Positions 59,681 through 64,000 of a DNA stretch of 64,000 nucleotides are shown here, piece after piece. The notes beneath the pieces were generated by a model. The model worked only from the letters and a program-made list of their open reading frames with translations. It searched no databases and was not told the origin of the DNA. Position 1 is the first letter of the stretch; each line of letters begins with the position of its first letter. The position numbers were made by a program, and so were the translations under genes. Source of the stretch: Eledone cirrhosa (taxonomy: Eukaryota); contig OZ024743.1 of assembly GCA_964016885.1 (NCBI GenBank), forward strand, positions 70,928,001-70,992,000, read 5' to 3'.

Positions 59681-60499
59681 GTGAGGAGTTTTCTATATTT
59701 ATTTCTTGTATAGTTTGAGGATATTTTTTCAGTCACACTTTCATAACTACTTCTACTTACTTTTGCTTTAAAACAAAAATCAACGGAAACGACATAGACA
59801 AGTGTCATCGATCTTCCAATCTCCTCGCTTATTCTCTCCCTATTATTTGGGACCCGAGAGTAGGTACAAGACGACAAAAAAAAACAATAAAATTAATTTA
59901 ATCTTTTATCGATTATCCACGCTTCTTAATTCTCTTCATACATTCCTTAATACGACATAATTATCCTCAGTACTCAAAGTTTCTTTGGTGTTAACACAAA
60001 CACAGCAAACCTTTATTATTTACCATATACGTATGTCTATATTTTCACTTTTCCTCACATTTTATGTTCACCATCACAATTTCAGTCATTTTTTTTTTTT
60101 AAATGAGTATTATTAGAGTTATTCCCCTTGATTTTGTGAATTATTTCACTACGGTTTTTGTGTATTCGCACTTGTATTTACGTGGATAAATTATTCACCT
60201 TATCGTATAGAGCATATATACCGCTTTAGTCGGCCTATTGGATGCTCCTTCGTATAAGACGCTCCCTCGTTTTACAGGGACATTTTGAGAAGAAAAAAAA
60301 ATTTAGTACATTTCTTCATAAATTTATTAAAAATTATTTCATTGTTTTTTCAGAAACTCTTATATAAGTTCATCATTTTGTCTATATAAATTGTATTGTA
60401 TTACTGTATTAGTAACACTAATAGTAATTCAAACTAAGTTTTTTAACCACGATTGTCTTCACTCTCCGTTCGGCCACCCATCTAGGCTGGAATATATGG

Positions 60500-60534
<35 letters not shown>

Positions 60535-61027
60535 TTCAGAAGATCCCGTTATGGGTGAAAGCAACGATTCTTTGCTTAAACTTTAATCTGTTATTATAAT
60601 AAATATTTGCTCTACGCGTTTTTATATACATATATATTTTATATATATATATATAATCTTTATCGAGCCCCCTTCGGATTTTAGTCTTCACATTTATTAT
60701 TACTATATATATATATACGCATATCAAAAGGGATCGATATATAATATAGATAAAATATAGAGACAAAATAAATTATATATATAATTTTTTTATCTCTATA
60801 TTTTATATATTTAGTTCTATTTCTCTCATATAGCCACATGATTTTATATTAATATCGATCTCTTTTGATATATAATGCGTTTAGTACATGAACACTTTAC
60901 TATGTGTACAAATGTACGATTGTAAAGGTGATATTTACGCTATCCCCTGGCACATTCTGCACTCCAAAGTTCCTACTTGTAATATTTTCAATCCCTAACG
61001 AAATACAAATTCTGCTCCATTTCACAG

Positions 61028-61048
61028 ACATGGAAGTTCTAGGCCCTT
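61028..61048 (+). CDS. Candidate 21-nt microexon of the Fat-like gene (phase 1-1)
   Basis: CTAAC branch-like motif at 60995-60999, then tctgctccatttcacag|ACATGGAAGTTCTAGGCCCTT|gtaagt. Reads (D)MEVLGP in frame after exon J. Confidence 0.7.
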
Positions 61049-61382
61049 GTAAGTATTGAAACATCACTTCACCCTCCGCCTCGTTTTGGTTTTGGCATGT
61101 CACGTGATCTAATATTTCACTACATCACTTGTCAGTTGGTTGCTCTTTATGTTGTTGTTGTTATAATTTCAATTTCTTTATTTTTGCAACATTTAGCTTG
61201 ATGTTATTTTGCCTGGGAATGAAATTGTGGCATTTATCTTCATAATCGTTATATACACTGGTTCGGAGTACAGTCCTTATGCACCACAGCACCTTGGGCA
61301 AATGTCATTCACTATAACTTTGGGTTGATAATGCTTATGAGGGAAATTTGGTTAGGACCTTTAGAAACCTATCATGTGTGCT

Positions 61383-61431
<49 letters not shown>

Positions 61432-61495
61432 TTGTATGTGGTTGTCGGCTGAGAGGTATGTGTACTCAATACCGAAGTAGAAGTTTAATATTCAG

Positions 61496-61606
61496 TTTAT
61501 TAAGGTTAAAAAGTGAGTCTTGTTACTCTGGAGTTTCGCATGTTTACCTCTGTGCTAAACAGGCGAAACTCCAGAGTAACAAGACCCACTTTTTAGCCTT
61601 AATAAA
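61496..61606. repeat. ~110-bp fold-back hairpin
   Basis: tttattaaggttaaaaagtgagtcttgttactctggagtttcgc pairs with gcgaaactccagagtaacaagacccactttttagccttaataaa. Confidence 0.9.
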
Positions 61607-63055
61607 ACGTACGGCAACTACAGCCTTTGGTGTGTGTGTAACTTTTCATCACCATTTTACATCTATTTTCCATGCTAGCATGGAACTTGTATTTCATATA
61701 CTCAGCGTTGGGTTTTGACTGCTATTTCTAGCAAGTTGTTCGACTCTCCCTTCCCCATAAAGGTGTTGCATTGGAAGGAAGAGTGTACATTATCTCATAG
61801 TCTCTCTTACTATTGTACATATGTCATACCTCAAGAAAATTATCTTGTACAATATATATTACATGAAATCCTTTCATTGTCTTTGTATTGTAAGTTTGTT
61901 GTCATTGTTGTTTATTGTTTTTTTGCATGGCATGTAATATAGTGTGATATTAATGCATTATGTCAAATAATGTTGGCTTTTATTGTAGTATCATGTAGTT
62001 AGTTAATGTGATATTAACACATTGTATCAAATAATTTGGCTTTTAACTATAGTATTATATATGTGATGTAGTATCAGATAGTTTTTGTGTGATATTAATG
62101 CACTGTGAGAAGGTGCATGGCTTAGTGGTTAGAACGTTGGGCTTGCAATTCTGAGGTTGTGAGTCTAATTTTCAGACCAGGTGATGCATTGTGTCCTTGA
62201 GCAAAACACTTTATTTCATGTTTTTCTAGTTTCCTTGGCTGTAGAAATGAGTTGTGACGTCACTGGTGCCTAGCTGTATTGACCATAGCCTTTATCTTGG
62301 TCAACATTATATATAGTGTATACATTACATATATATATGTATATATGTATGTATGTATGTATGTATATATATATCATCACCGTTTAACGTCTATCTTCCA
62401 TGCTAGCATGGGTTTGTATGTATATATATATATATATATATATGTATATGTATATATGTATGTATGTATATATGTATATATATATATTTGTATGTATATA
62501 TATATATATGTATATATGTATGTATATATATATGTATGTATATATGTATATATATATGTATGTATATATGTATATATATATATATGTATGTATATATGTA
62601 TATATATATGTATATATATATGTATGTATATATATATATATATGTATGTATATATATCATCATCATCATCGTTTAACGTCCATCTTCCACGCTTGCATGG
62701 GCTTGGACGGGAGTTTTCCCACTTGAGGCAAGAGTGGTTGTCTTGCTCGCATAGGACTGTCTGGCGGGTTTTCTACGGCTGGGTATGAATATATATATAT
62801 ATGTATATATATATATGTATGTATGTATATATATGTATGTATATATGTATGTATATATATATGTATGTATATATGTATGTATATATATATATGTATGTAT
62901 ATATATATATGTATGTATATATATATATGTATGTATATATATATGTATGTATATATGTATGTATGTATGTATGTATATATATGTATGTATGTATATATAT
63001 GTATGTATGTATGTATATATATGTATATATATATGTATATATATATGTATGTATG

Positions 63056-63088
<33 letters not shown>

Positions 63089-63364
63089 ATATATATATGT
63101 ATGTATGTATATATATATGTATGTATATATATATGTATGTATGTATGTATATATATATATGTATGTATGTATGTATATATATATGTATGTATGTATGTAT
63201 ATATGTATGTATGTATGTGTGTATATATATACTTATATGTATGTATATTTATATATACATTATACATACCATGTATATATAGTGTATATTAGTAGCGATG
63301 TCACTGGTGCCAGGCTGTATTGGCCATTACTTTTGCCTTGGTCAACATCATATATAGTATATAC

Positions 63365-63458
<94 letters not shown>

Positions 63459-64000
63459 TAGCATGTATACATCGTGTATATATGATTAGCAACGTCACTG
63501 GGACCAAGCTGTATCCGCCGTTGCTTTTGCCTTGGTCAACGTTGGTGGCATGGAGAGGGGAGACTGGTATTATGGGCAACTGCTGGTTTTCCACAAATAA
63601 CATTGCCCAGATTTGTGCCTAAGAGGAAACTATCTAGGCGCAAATTCTATGGTAATTCATGACCGAAGGGAGTTTTTAATGCACTCTATAAAATATTTTT
63701 GGCTTTAACAATAGAATTGTCTATGTGATGCAGTAACAAATAGTTCATGTGATATCAATGCATTGTATCAAATATTTTGGCTTTAACTACAGAATTATCT
63801 ATGCAATATAGTATCATATAGTTAGATATTAGTGCTGTATCAAATATTTAGCTTTACACATGTCTTGTTGTCATAACTACTGCAACTAACAGAACTTTAT
63901 CAAACACTATTTCTATGGATGTGTCATGTTATTGTTACATACACGTGTTGTAATATCAAATAGTTGTTAGTGTGATATATTGTACTGTATCAAATATTTT

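Overview
Eukaryotic, AT-rich, microsatellite-dense genomic DNA. The repeat content (tRNA-derived CORE-SINEs with RTE-like (GAT)n tails, TA/CA/CAT microsatellites) suggests Octopus or another coleoid cephalopod; this is an inference. The whole window lies inside one large plus-strand Fat-like (FAT1/2/3, kugelei-type) atypical cadherin gene. I can chain ten GT-AG exons with matching phases (28387-59680, 3414 nt), two of which are absent from the ORF track, plus a candidate 21-nt frame-preserving microexon at 61028-61048. Positions 1-28386 look like one large intron. The introns hold a full-length decayed RTE LINE, a 5'-truncated RTE with an unbroken ORF, a decayed CR1-type LINE, a Penelope-like GIY-YIG fragment, Helitron-like and piggyBac-like non-autonomous elements, SINEs and minisatellites. 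The most striking unannotated signal is a dense set of sequence-diverse hammerhead-ribozyme motifs (about a dozen, both strands), mostly with palindromic stem III and usually inserted in (TA)n. Alongside them are long fold-back hairpins that consist of a ribozyme 3' half mirrored about its stem II loop. Also notable are an intron carrying degenerate repeats of its own exon 3' end and splice donor, and a CpG-rich chain of eight back-to-back hairpins. Everything was read by eye; no searches or folding programs were run.
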